Source: Octopus sinensis (Eukaryota). From it: DNA of 64,000 nt. Shown one piece after another: positions 37,897 to 50,854 of this stretch; the first letter of the stretch is position 1, and every line of letters begins with the position of its first letter. The stretch lies in the NCBI RefSeq assembly GCF_006345805.1, contig NC_043001.1, forward strand, positions 85,498,001 through 85,562,000, written 5' to 3'. Below the pieces are notes generated by a model that was not told where the DNA came from, did no database searches, and saw nothing but the letters and a program-made list of their open reading frames with translations. Made by a program: the position numbers and the translations under genes.

Positions 37897-37956
37897 GTCT
37901 CCGATGAAGGGATATTATGATATTATTAATTAATATTCTAGAAACAGCTGTAAGAC
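37897..37956 (+). ncRNA. Minimal type I hammerhead ribozyme motif H3
   Basis: gtct-CCGATGA-a-gggatatta...taatattct-a-GAAA-cagctg-TA-agac; stem I gtct/agac intact. Confidence 0.65.
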
Positions 37957-38601
37957 CTTCTATATATAAATGCGCTAATATCTATACAGCCTTGGTTTTT
38001 TTTATCTTATTACGCAAAAACAATTCTTATATATATATATATACATATGTGCACACGCATATACTACGTTGACTTTGAATTACTTATTGCTGGGAACTAA
38101 CACGATCTTTCTTTTATGCTTTGCTATTTTGAGAGCAGACGAAGTTAGACAAGAATCATTTTTTTCTGTGTATATGTATAAACCAACATGGTTATATTGT
38201 CGTAAGAGAGAAGAACAGATATCCTAGTTTATTCATAACATTCCATCAACAGTGTATTCATTCAACAGCGATGGTATTTCACTCATAAAGCATTTTATCA
38301 AGTAACTTTGTATGCATTTTACGAAGTAACATAGTTTACCGCTGTAAGCATTATTACGGAGCAATCTAAGGATTACAAGATTTCTATTAAATGTAGTGCT
38401 ATGTTGCATAATCTGCCATGCAATGGTTTCGTTACTTTCAAACAGCTCTTCAAGTCTCTGTTTGTAACTATTCTCGTGCTTTCAAGCACTAGAATACGAC
38501 AATGGTAAATTATTTGATTCGGTGGTATAAGTTATTGGAAAACTAATTTCCATTGTAGTCACCAAAAACAGTAATGTTCCAAAACATTTTACATTGATGG
38601 G

Positions 38602-38634
<33 letters not shown>

Positions 38635-38913
38635 TTGCTTGTGAGTGTAAGTGCGTATGTACGCGTGCGCGCGTGTATGTGTATAGACAATGTTTTATTG
38701 CAGGTTAAATAGTCCAAACATTTTACTGTTAGTGGGAGATTCAAGGAGCCGATTAACAAAGAGAAGTGACCAGTGGAATAATACTACACACACAAACACA
38801 AACGCACATATACGAACACACACACACACACACACCACATACACAAAGACATATACGCACACACACTTGCATATATACTTTTACTAGAGTAAACATTTAT
38901 TAATTTTCACATA

Positions 38914-38981
38914 GGCGCAGGAGTGGCTGTGTGGTAAGTAGCTTGCTAACCAACCACATGGTTCCGGATTCAGTCCCACTG
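38914..38981 (+). mobile_element. SINE family 2 head, truncated by the tandem array
   Basis: ggcgcaggagtggctgtgtggtaagtagcttgctaaccaaccacatggttccggattcagtcccactgc is the same head as at 57211. Confidence 0.75.
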
Positions 38982-40592
38982 CTTTGGCTGTTATTTCTAG
39001 TGGGTGAATGGCCTATTATGGCCGTTCCTTGATTGTTGATGTTGAACTTAAAAATGGTCTATGACTATTTAATTTTTTCCCACTAGGCCGCTGGTGGCAA
39101 AAAAATTCTACAAACTTTTTTGCCACCCTATATTGATTAATTATGAATTTTCTGGTTAATTCCGTAATGGAATCGACGGCTTATATTTATTTGCTGCCGA
39201 TAAATTTGGCGCGAGTGCGATGATTTGAAAATTTTAGGTCAGATATTGCCTTGGCAGGGTCGGAAATGCCTCGTGAAAATATCTGTTCCGACTTGGCTAT
39301 TTCTTACTGAAGAATCTGAGGGCCTATGGAAGATTGGCTTGATTTAATTTAATCAGGTTAGTTTACCATTAAACAGCAGATGAAACGGTGCATCGTATAA
39401 GAAATTACAGGGTAAATGTTTTTTAAATTTTCTCCTGGTTTACGGAATTGATTTTTATTTGCGGTTGAAGCTTTGGCTGTTATTTCTAGTGGGTGAATGG
39501 CATTATGGCCGTTCCTTGATTGTTGATGTTGAACTTAAAAATGGTCTATGACTATTTAATTTTTTCCCACTAGGCCGCTGTTGGCAAAAAAATTCTACAA
39601 AATTTTTTGCCACCCTATATTGATTAATTATGAATTTTCTGGTTAATTCCGTAATGGAATCGACGGCTTATATTTATTTGCTGCCGATAAATTTGGCGCG
39701 AGTGCGATGATTTGAAAATTTTAGGTCAGATATTGCCTTGGCAGGGTCGGAAATGCCTCGTGAAAATATCTGTTCCGACTTGAAGAATCTGAGGGCCTAT
39801 GGAAGATTGGCTTGATTTAATTTAATCAGGTTAGTTTACCATTAAACAGCAGATGAAACGGTGCATCGTATAAGAAATTACAGGGTAAATGTTTTTTAAA
39901 TTTTCTCCTGGTTTACGGAATTGATTTTTATTTGCGGTTGAAGCTTTGGCTGTTATTTCTAGTGGGTGAATGGCCTATTATGGCCGTTCCTTGATTGTTG
40001 ATGTTGAACTTAAAAATGGTCTATGACTATTTAATTTTTTCCCACTAGGCCGCTGTTGGCAAAAAAATTCTACAAAATTTTTTGCCACCCTATATTGATT
40101 AATTATGAATTTTCTGGTTAATTCCGTAATGGAATCGACGGCTTATATTTATTTGCTGCCGATAAATTTGGCGCGAGTGCGATGATTTGAAAATTTTAGG
40201 TCAGATATTGCCTTGGCAGGGTCGGAAATGCCTCGTGAAAATATCTGTTCCGACTTGGCTATTTCTTACTGAAGAATCTGAGGGCCTATGGAAGATTGGC
40301 TTGATTTAATTTAATCAGGTTAGTTTACCATTAAACAGCAGATGAAACGGTGCATCGTATAAGAAATTACAGGGTAAATGTTTTTCAAATTTTCTCCTGG
40401 TTTACGGAATTGATTTTTATTTGCGGTTGAAGTTTTTGTCTGTTATTTCTAGTGGGTGAATGGCCTATTATGGTCGTTCCTTGATTGTTGATGTTGAACT
40501 TAAAAATGGTCTATGACTATTTAATTTTTCCCACTAGGCCGCTGGTGGCAAAAAAATTCTACAAAATTTTTTGCCACCCTATATTGATTAAT
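38981..40592. repeat. Tandem array of ~3.3 copies of a 489-bp unit
   Basis: Unit starts at 38981, 39470, 39943 and 40432 (periods 489, 473, 489; unit 2 has small deletions). Near-identical units. Confidence 0.95.
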
Positions 40593-40594
40593 TA

Positions 40595-40664
<70 letters not shown>

Positions 40665-41636
40665 CATAAGTGTATTAATATAAGTGCGGATGTGTATTAA
40701 TATAAAGGCCTATATTATTGCCTTCCAAACTACAATTATGATAAGATTTATACTTAATTGCAATACAGTGTTTTTGCACTTAAAAGATACAAACAATATT
40801 TGATAATGATATTTATATAGAGTTGAGGGATTTGTTAAATGGAAGTATAATATTTAAACACCGTCTCGTACATATTTGACAATATTTATAAGAGATACGG
40901 CCTTAACGTTTAGAGAAGATATACATTTCTTACATCTTAATAACATTATATATTTAAACTTTACAAATGATTTATAACAGACATACAAACAATCTATCTT
41001 CCAGAGAACGCAGGGTGCAAACTATATCATAACTAGATGAGAAACAACAATACAGAAATCGCGGTTCTATGACTATTAACGATCTATTTTCTCTTCTCGT
41101 TATAAACCAGCACAGTTATTTCTGCACATAGATTGCAATTATATTGTATGGTTGATTAATTTCTTAGTTTTATGACCCGTTATATAACGTTTCGATTCGC
41201 TAATAGACATATCTGCAGTACAGAATGATTTATTATATATTCTGAATGACCATATACATACATGTGGTTTTCTCCTATCAGATATTGTTAAACTCACATA
41301 TTATAAACCATGATGGTATTTTTTGAATAAAGATAGATATATCTATATTTGTAAATAGCTGGGACAAAAAAACCCGCTTATAGTGACACAGCCACACATA
41401 TCTTGTACAATAAAAAATATACACGAACATACACACACACATACGCACACACATATATATGTATATATATCTATATATGCATATATATATACGTATATAT
41501 ACATTTATACATATATATATATATATGCATATATATGCATATATACACAGACATATATATATATATATACATATATATACCTATACAAATACACTCATAT
41601 ATGTATATACACATATATGTATATATAAATGGATAG

Positions 41637-41673
<37 letters not shown>

Positions 41674-41836
41674 CACATATATATGCATATATAAATATAC
41701 CTGTATATTACATATATATATATATAGCAATTAAGGACAACCACTTAATAAGGAAAACTTAACAAGAAATGTCAGGTAGATAGCGTAAAAACCTCATAAG
41801 AGAAAAAATTCGAAAAAAATTATTTCTTATTGAACA

Positions 41837-42240
41837 TATAATTTATATATAGAGGGCATTATACATACATGCCAGGAGGCATTGTATATACATGCCAAAC
41901 GCTAAGAGGGACAATCAGTCATTTCTACCAAAAATATTACTAATCCCACCGAATGCAATTTTCAAAGTAAGACATTTAAAATATAGGCCTGTATCACAGT
42001 GATTTCATACTTACGTAATCATCAGCAGGCCTGAATGTACATTCAGGCCTGCTGATGATTACGTAAGTATGAAATCACTGTGATACAGGCCTATATTTTA
42101 AATGTCTTACTTTGAAAAAATTGCATTCGGTGGGATTAGTAATATTTTTGGTAGAAATGACTGATTGTCCCTCTTAGCGTTTGGCATGTATATACAATGC
42201 CTCCTGGCATGTATGTATAATGCCCTCTATATAAATTATA
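41837..42240. repeat. ~400-bp near-perfect spacer-less palindrome centred at 42038/42039
   Basis: ...aggcctgaatgt|acattcaggcct...; arms are reverse complements over ~200 bp and differ only in homopolymer/AT-run length. Confidence 0.95.
42045..42092 (+). ncRNA. Type I hammerhead ribozyme motif H5 (mirror copy on the minus strand at 41985-42032)
   Basis: aggcctg-CTGATGA-t-tac(gtaa)gta-t-GAAA-tcactgtga-TA-caggcct: 7-bp stem I, GNRA-capped stem II, near-palindromic helix III, AUA site. Confidence 0.7.
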
Positions 42241-42799
42241 TATATATATATATATATATGTGATATATATATATATACGTAAATGTGTATATGCCTGTGT
42301 ATTTTATATATGTGCATTGAATTATATGCCTCTAAGTATGTGTGTGTATGTTTGTATGCATGATTGAATGTATGTGTTAGTATATGTGTATGCATGTATG
42401 AGTTGATTTCTTTGCTTTAGTCCAGGCAGTGCATTTATATAGAATATTTTTACGTACTTCCATTGGACATACAGCTTCCTTTCAACTGTCACATTTTAAA
42501 ATATTAGAAGAATGTTCAGTATAGGCATTATTCTTCTTCCAACGCTACACTTATTACTAATAATATCTCTATTATTATTAGTTTATTCCTTGTGCGTGCA
42601 TGCGTGTGTGGGGCTGTTTTATGTATATATATATGTGTGTGTGTGTATGTATATAAGACATTCATATGCACAGACCCACACATTTATTGCATATATATAC
42701 ATATGTATATATATTCATTCTTATACATATTGTATTTAGTTTTGATCGACTGTTATAGATAAATACATGGATAGACAGACAAAAAGGTATATGTAGAGA

Positions 42800-42898
<99 letters not shown>

Positions 42899-42939
42899 TA
42901 GATAGATAGATCGATAGATAGATAGATAGATAGATAGAC

Positions 42940-43020
<81 letters not shown>

Positions 43021-43021
43021 T
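42800..43021. repeat. (TA)n then (GATA)n tract at the 3' flank of the Tx1-type LINE
   Basis: Directly visible; GATA tract ~42896-43021. Confidence 0.95.
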
Positions 43022-46000
43022 GTTTCTTTATTAGCCAACAGGGCTGCACACAGATAGAACAAATTACAAGGTTAGCTTTTTCTTTTGAGGTTTAAAAAAA
43101 AAAAAAAAAAAAAGGAAGGGGGAGTTTCGATCAAAAGGGATCGTAAAAGGAGAGATAGAGGACAAAAAAAAGGGGGGTTAAAAAAAAAAAAAAAAAAAAG
43201 GGGGGAGAGGAAAAAAAATTGATCAATAGGGATCGTTATCACAGAAATGTCAATATGAAGTGTAATGGGGAGGACAGTTGAGAATTTCCCGTGAAAGAAA
43301 AGCCTACGGAAAAGACCACGGTAACCTCGGTCAATGAAGTCACATTTTATATTCTTTTTTTTTTTTTTTTTTTTTTTTTGCAAATAAGCAACTCTCTGTT
43401 TTCGATTTCTGGGTTCATAGGACTATGCTCAAGGTGGCTTCGTCATTCATACGTGCCATTCTTGCTACATTCACCCATCTTTTTTAAAAAACATTCGCTA
43501 GACAAAACTTGCCTCTCTACTCTCACTTCCTTTTCAAGTGGTACTTGAAGAAGTTGATGAGAGATTGACCAGAGAGGAAAGTGTTTGTCTCCAATCCTTT
43601 CAGACGCGTCCACCAGATACATTCCTTCGCCATAGCCACAAGGATGATGAAAATAGCTCTCCTTCCCGTTTGAAGGAAGGAGGCGTGACAATATTGACGA
43701 TAGACTCAGCTGATAAACCGACTCGTCCCACACGTGACAGCAGTTGTTCGACATAAGCCCACAGGTCGGAAATTGTTGGACACTGAACGAGTGCGTGCAG
43801 AACGGTTTCGTCGCTCTGACCGCATCTCGGGCAGGTCGGCCCCGTGTTTCTCGAGCCGTGTCTGTAGAGCTTATCCCGAACGGTGCGCTTCTCGGTAGCA
43901 ACTGCCAGGCCAGGGATCTCTGGAATTGTCCATGGGCCCTGGCCCGAAAGTCGTCCCGAACAGGCGGGTCAGGTACTCCTCGTCGACGTCCAGGTTCGCC
44001 CCGAGCTCGTCGTCGTACCTCCCCTCCACTAAACCCTATAGAATGCTTTGGTTGTGTTGAAGTCACTTAAGGTCGACCCAGGACGGCAGAGTTGCTTGAG
44101 CAAACGCGACACTCGCGGTGCCATTCGCCCTTCCTCGGCCTCTTTTTGATCCACGACTGCAGTTCGGTCATGGAGACGAGCTGCGGGAAAGCGTGCCTCA
44201 CAAACGGCGACCACACCTGTTCACCGTCGTCTACATAGAGCCAGAGATGTCGCAGTCTCAGCGCGTGTCTGCGCATCTCAACCACGGCATGCCCAGCCCT
44301 CCTTTTAACGGGTGTTGACAGCAAATGGATCGCCTGACCATCGGGACGCATCCTTTCCACAAGAAGCGAAAGAGGATGCGTTGTAGTTGGTGATGGTAGG
44401 GTCGGGACAAGGTACGACGGTCAGGCGGTAGTAGATGACGGACGCGATGTACGTGTTCGCCACCTCCGCTCGACCTTTTAGGGACAGTTTCCTCTCGGCC
44501 CATTGCGGGCGAGAGTGACCACCCTACTCGTTATCTCGTTCCAGTTCTTCTCCACTTGGAGGTCCGGACCGAACCAGACCCGAGCAACTCAACCGGGCCG
44601 TCGGTCCAGCGTCCACGACGGAGGCGCTGGTGACGGCATAGGCTTGCTTCTCCAGGTGCCTAGTCGCAAGCCCACTGACTTTTCCCGGTTGATTTTCGCT
44701 CCTGTCACCGCCTCGTAGTTTTTCAGTGTCTCGCCGACCAGCTCGATGTGCTCGTGGCTAGACACTATGACGGTGACGTCGTCCGCGTATGCAGACACGC
44801 TCGTCCCGCATCCCAATTCTCGCGGGATGCCCCTTAGAGTCGCCAGCTTCCGCAGTAGTGGCTCAAGAGTCAATACGTATAGAAGCGCCGAGAGGGGGCA
44901 TCCCTGACGGACCGAACGTGCAATGTGGAAAGGTCTCGATAGATGTCCATTTACGCGAATTACCGAAACGGATGCCTCTGTACAAGGCAGCTATCCAGCC
45001 GCGGAAGACGGACCGAAACCAGCCGCTCTCAGGACTGCCTCCAAGTATCGATGGTCTACCCTATCAAAGGCTTTCGATTGATCCAGTTGATCAGGGCCCC
45101 ACCCATGCCAGGTTCGTTAACTACCCTGTCTATGATGTAGCGCCTCAGATGGAGGTTGTCATGGATGGTCCGGCCTGGCACGGCGCATGTTTGCGCCTTG
45201 TCGACCAGTTCCTCGATGACAAGCGCCAACCTCTGGCTAGCACCTTGGCCAAATTTTCAAGTCTGCATTAAGCAGAGTGATGGCCTAAAGTTATCTATTA
45301 CATTTCCCTTGTTTAGATCTTTCTTCAGCAGTGTTACGGCTCCTCGGCTCACAAAACCAGGAATGCTCCCGTTTTGCTGCCAGTTGCAGTACACCGCCGC
45401 CAAGAGATCTCCAAACAAGTCGGCATACAATTGTAAAGCTCGTAGGGTAGACATCAAACCCGTGATTTGTCCCTCGAGCATTCTGCATCGCTTCCCCCTT
45501 CCGCCGCCGTGATGGCACCTTCGCAGCACCCTGCCTTTCTTGTCGAGAGTCGTGGTAGCTATGTAGGTAGGCACTGAAGTCCACCCTACGTTCTTTGCCT
45601 CCACTCGTCCGAACAGTCGGGAAAAATGCTGCTGAAAGGCCTCACACATTTTACTTGGCTCGAGCAATTCGCGCCCCTGTTCATCTACCAGTGACCGAAT
45701 GGTGGCTTTGTTGCCCTGTTGCGCCTCTGCCACCCGGGCCTCTCTCGCGGCTTCCAACACCTTCGTTCCTTAGAGCACGCATCTAGCTCTGACAGCACAT
45801 CCTTCGTGTTTGGCGTTGAAGTGTTGGTCGAGGGCCAACCTCGCCGCCAAAACGTCGGATGCGATGCCGCTTCTAATTGCCTCTTCTAGCTTCTTAACTG
45901 CTCCCCTCTACTCTATTTCTATCATGGCTAGTGCTTTGCTGTACCTAATCGCTTCTGCTTTTACTGCTCTCTTGAGGGCAAACCACCATTTGTTGTTGAT

Positions 46001-46975
46001 GATGGCTCCGTCAAAGCCCTCTTTACTAGTGTGCTAATCCGGTCTCTGAAAACTTGTCTCGATGGGAAAGACGCGTTTAGTTTCCAGTATCCGGGACCCT
46101 GCCTAAGTGTCTTACTAAGTCTAGCGTACATGTCACAAGTTTGTGATCCGTAGCTGACTATGTGGAATTGTGGACATCCTATGCTATCTCTATCTACTGT
46201 CCTACACAGTATCCTATCTAGATACGATCTCGACGACCCGATGCGGTTGCTCCATGTCCCCGTTGGCGCATTCGGCTGGTCTAGTCGGAACCTGTCAGAC
46301 AGTTGAAAGCGTCTGAGCAGGTCTCTGAGGCATTTGCATCCCCGTCTATTCCTATCTCTACCCACGTATCTACAGCGTGTCCAAGGTAGCATTCCAATCC
46401 CCACTAAGAGTAAAGGACGAGACGTTCCCAAGAAAACTTCTAGACGTTGAAAGAAATCCGCCGACCTGTTAAGGGCGGTGCGTAAACTGATACGAGTCGA
46501 AAAGCGCACCCATTGCTGCCGTCGACATCCAGGACGACCAGTCTACCCTCCGGTCTACGAATATTGTCCTTACATTGAGATCCAGAGCTTGTGAAAAAGT
46601 ACCGCGTGCCACTACCGCCCATTCTCGGCAGACAGGGGGAAAATAAATGTTGACTGTCCGCCAAACATGGTCTTTAGGGCCCGCGGATTGTGGAGTCTGG
46701 TCTCGCTATGGCTATGATTTCTAACTTATGTGACTTTATGTCATTTAAGAGGTACCCTTGTTTCCAAGGGGACCCCAAGCCACGCGCATTTACACAACCA
46801 ATCTTGATCATAGTTTCTAATGAATAGAATACAGAGGGTTACTTACTGCTCGAAAGTTTTTGCTTTCTCCTCCGTTGGTTTGTCCTCGGAGAAGATCCCA
46901 GTACAGTTTCTTTGGAGATATTTTGGCATTTACCACCGCACTGGGGAAAATGCCTTGAGTGGGTGGTGCAGACTT
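43022..46975 (-). mobile_element. L1/Tx1-type LINE copy 1: ORF1 C-terminus, ORF2 (APE-RT-CCHC; ATG 46811), 3'UTR; frameshifted
   Basis: ORF2 begins MIKIGCVNARGLG (NxRGL). Also GPGYWKLNAS, NFRP, GR.I.DN, LDQSK.FDRV, QGCPLS, SAYADDVTV (RT active site), CPRCGQSDET..H..VQC. Short spacer after the ORF1 stop at ~46817. 3' end aataaagaaacata then (TATC)n. Confidence 0.9.
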
Positions 46976-49900
46976 TTGGGGAGAGGAAAAAATTGATCAA
47001 TAGGGATCGTTATCACAGGAATGTCAATATGAAGTGTAAAGGGGAGGACAGGTGAGGTTTACCCGTGGAAAGAAAAGCCTACGGAAAAGACCACGGTAAC
47101 CTCGGTCAATGAAGTCACTTTATATTCTTTTTTTTTTTTTTGCAAATAAGCAACTCTCTGTATTAATTTTATGGTTCATAGAATCATAGTCAAGGTGACT
47201 TCGTCATTCATACGTGCCATCCGCTACATTCACCCATCTTTTTTTAAAACATTCACTAGACAAAACTTGCCTCTCTACTCTCACTTTCCTCTTCAAGTGA
47301 TACTTGAAGAAGTTGATGAGAGATTGACCAAGAGGAAAGTGTTTGTCTCTAATCCTTTCAAGCGCGTCCACCAGATACATTCTTAGCCATAGCCACAAGT
47401 ATGATAAAATAGCTCTCCCTTCCCGTTTGAAGGAAGGGGCGTGACGATATTAACGATAGACTCGCTGATAAACCGACACGTCCCACACGTGACAGCAGTC
47501 GTTCGACATCAGCCCACATGTCGGAAATTGCTGGACACTGCACAGTGCGTGCAGAGCGGTTTCGTCGCTCTGCCCGCATCTCGGGCAGGTCGGCCGCGTG
47601 TTTCTCGAGCCATGCCTATAGAGCTTATCCCGAACGGGTAGCGCTTCTCGGTAGCACCGCCAGGCCAGGGATCTCTGGAAGTTGTCCATAGGTCCCGGGC
47701 CGAAAGTCGTTTGAAACAGGCGGGTCAGGTATTCTCGTCGACGCCCAGGTTTGCCCCGAGATCGTCGTCGTACCTCCCCTCCCTAATCCCCTATAGAATG
47801 CTTTGGTTGTGTTGAAGTCACTCAAGGTCGACCCGGGACGGCAGAGTTGCTTCAGAGCAACGCGACACGCGCGGTGCCATTCGCCCTTCCTCGGCCTCTT
47901 TTTGATCCACGACTGTAGTTCGGTCATGGAGACGAGTTGCGGGAATGCGTGCCTCAAACGGCGACCACACCTGTTCACCGTCGTCTACATAGAGCCGGAG
48001 ATGTCGCAGTCTCAGCGCGTGTCTGCGCATCATCAACCACGGCATGCCCAGCCCTCCTTTTAACGGGTGTTGACAGCAAATGGATCGCCTGACCATCGGG
48101 ACGCATCCTTTCCACAAGAAGCGGAAGAGGATGCGTTCTAGTTTGGTGATGGTAGGGTCGGGACAAGGTACGACGGTCAGGCGGTAGCAGATGATGGACG
48201 CGATGTACGCGTTCGCCACCTCCGCCCCCGACCTTTTAGGACAGTTTCCTCTCGGCCCATTTGCTGGGCGAGAGTGACCACCCTACTCGTTATCTCGTTC
48301 CAGTTCTTCTCCATTGGAGGTCCGGATCGAACCAGCCCGAGCAACTCAACCGGGCCGTCTGTCCAGCGTCCACGACGGAGGTACTGGTGGACGGCATGGG
48401 CTTGCTTCTCCAGGTGCCGAGCCGCAAGCCCACTGACTTTCCGGGTGATTTTTGCTCCTGTCACCGCTTCGTAGTCTTTCAGTGTCTCGCCGACCCGCTC
48501 GATGTGCTCGTGGCTTGACACTATGACGGTGACCTCGTCCGCGTATGCAGACACGCTCGTCCCGCATCCAATTCTCGCGTGATGCCCCTCAGAGTCACCA
48601 GCTTCCGCAGTAGTGGTCAAGAGTCAATACGTATAGAAGCGCCGAGAGGGGGCATCCCTGACGGACCGAACGTGCAATGTCTCGAAAGGTCTCGATAGAT
48701 GTCCATTTACGCGAATTACCGAACGGATGCCTCTGTACAAGCAGCTATCCAGCCGCGGAAGACGGACGCGAACCAGCCGCTCTCAGGACTGCCTCAAGTA
48801 TCGTGGTCTACCCTATCGAAGGATTTCGATTGATCCAAGTTGATCAGGGCCCCACCCATGCCAGGTTCGTTAACTACCCTGTCTATGATGTAGCGCATCA
48901 AATGGAGGTTGTCATGGATGCTCCGGCCTGGCACGGCGCACGTTTCTGCGTTGTCGACCAGTTTCTCGATGACAAGCGCCAACCTCTTGGCTAACACCTT
49001 TGTCAAAATTTTCAGGTCTCATTGAGCAGAGTGATTGGTCTAAAGTTAACTATAATGTTTCCCTTGTTTGGATCTTTCTTCAGCAGAGTTACAGCTCCCG
49101 ACTCACAAAACCGGGTATGCTCCCGTTTTGCTGCCAGTTGCAGTATACCGCTGCCAAGACGTCTTCAAACAAGTCTGGCATTGGCAAACACGGTAAAAAA
49201 TCGTAGGGTAGACCATCCAAACACGGTGATTTGTCCCTCGAGCATTCTGCCATCGCGTTCCTGCACATCCGCCGCCGTGATGGCACCTTCGCAGCACTCT
49301 GCCTCTCTTGCCGAGAGTCGTGGTAGGCTGTGCAGGTAGGCACTGAAATCCACCTGAGTTCACGCTCACCACTCGTCCCGTACAGTCGGACAAAATGCTG
49401 CTGAAAGGCCTCACACAATTTTACTTGGCTCGAGCAATTCGCGCCCTTGTTCATCTACCAGTGACCGAATGGTGGCTTTGTTGCCCTGCTGCGCCTCTGC
49501 CACCCGGGCCTCTCTCGCGGCTCCAACACCTTCGTTCCTTAGAGCAGCATCCTAGCTCTGAAAGCACATCCTTCGTGTTTGGCGTTGAAGTGTGGTCGAG
49601 GGCCAACCTCGCCGCCAAAACGTCGGATGCGATTGCCGCTTCTAATTGCCTCTTCTAGCTTCTTAACTAGCTCACCCTCTACTCTATTTCTATCTATGGC
49701 TAGTGCTTGCTGTACCTAATCGCTTCTGCTTTTACTGCTCTCTTGAGGGCAAACCACCATTTGTTGTTGATGATGGCTCCCGTCAAAGCCCTCTTTACTA
49801 GTGTGCTAATCCGGTCTCTGAAAACTTGTCTGGACAGGAATGATGCATTCAGTTTCCAGTAACCAGGACCCTGTCTACGTGCCTTATCTAAGTCTAGCGT

Positions 49901-50147
49901 ACGCGTCACGAATTTGTGATCCGTGTAGCTGACTGTATGGAATTGTGGACATCCTAAGTTATCCTTGTCTACTGTCCTACACAGTATCCTATCTAGATAC
50001 GATCTCGACGACCCACTGCGGTTGCTCCATGTCCACGTTGGTGCATTTGGGTGGTCGAGTCGGTACCTGTCAGACAGTTGGAATCGTCTGAGCAGGTCTC
50101 TGAGGCATTTGCATCCCCCTGAGGCATTTTGTCTCTCCCCACATAGT
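46976..50147 (-). mobile_element. L1/Tx1-type LINE copy 2: 5'-truncated within APE, lacks the last ~180 bp of the 3'UTR
   Basis: Colinear homolog of copy 1 (ORFs 49700..49909, 48794..49006, 47818..48219, 47450..47689). 5' end abuts (GATA)n at 50148. Confidence 0.9.
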
Positions 50148-50148
50148 C

Positions 50149-50223
<75 letters not shown>

Positions 50224-50232
50224 TTAGTTAGT

Positions 50233-50270
<38 letters not shown>

Positions 50271-50271
50271 T

Positions 50272-50322
<51 letters not shown>

Positions 50323-50343
50323 GTTAGTTAGATAGATAGATAT

Positions 50344-50387
<44 letters not shown>

Positions 50388-50507
50388 GAACAGAATGTTT
50401 AAACTCATTGCACTATTCTGAATATAGACACGCAGGTAAATAGATAGGTATATATAAAGATAGATAGATAAATAGATAGATAGATAGAATAGATAGATAG
50501 AGATGAT

Positions 50508-50538
<31 letters not shown>

Positions 50539-50600
50539 TAGATAGATGATAATAGATGGATAGATAGATAGATAGATATATAGATAGATAGATAGATCAA
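50148..50600. repeat. (GATA)n tract at the 5' flank of the Tx1-type LINE pair
   Basis: Directly visible, with GTTA/AATA variants. Confidence 0.95.
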
Positions 50601-50854
50601 ATGTCACATTTCTTAAATATTATAGGCATTATTTTTCTTGTACTGCTACTCTATTACTAATAATATACCTATTATCCTTAGCAGATTCATTTGTGGTGTG
50701 TGTGTGTGCATGCGTATGTGAGTGTGTGTGTGCGTTTGTATGTTTTTGTGTCTATGTGTATATATATGTATATGTGTATATATATATATATATGCGTGCA
50801 CATATATATATTTAGATATATAGATATATTTGTGTGTGTGAGTGGGTGTGTTCT

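Noticed and set aside
38981-40592. Tandem array as a CRISPR-like locus
   Set aside because: Units are 489 bp and wholly repeated, with no unique spacers or cas genes; eukaryotic context.
41165-41235. Hammerhead-like words on the minus strand (ctgcaga...gaaacgtt)
   Set aside because: Core is mutated and stems I/II do not pair convincingly; at most a dead PLE remnant.
43443-44066. 207-aa ORF and other GC-rich ORFs at 43500-50160
   Set aside because: Alternative-frame or antisense read-outs of the frameshifted Tx1 ORF2, not separate genes. The GC-rich stretch is not bacterial contamination because it carries L1-type motifs.
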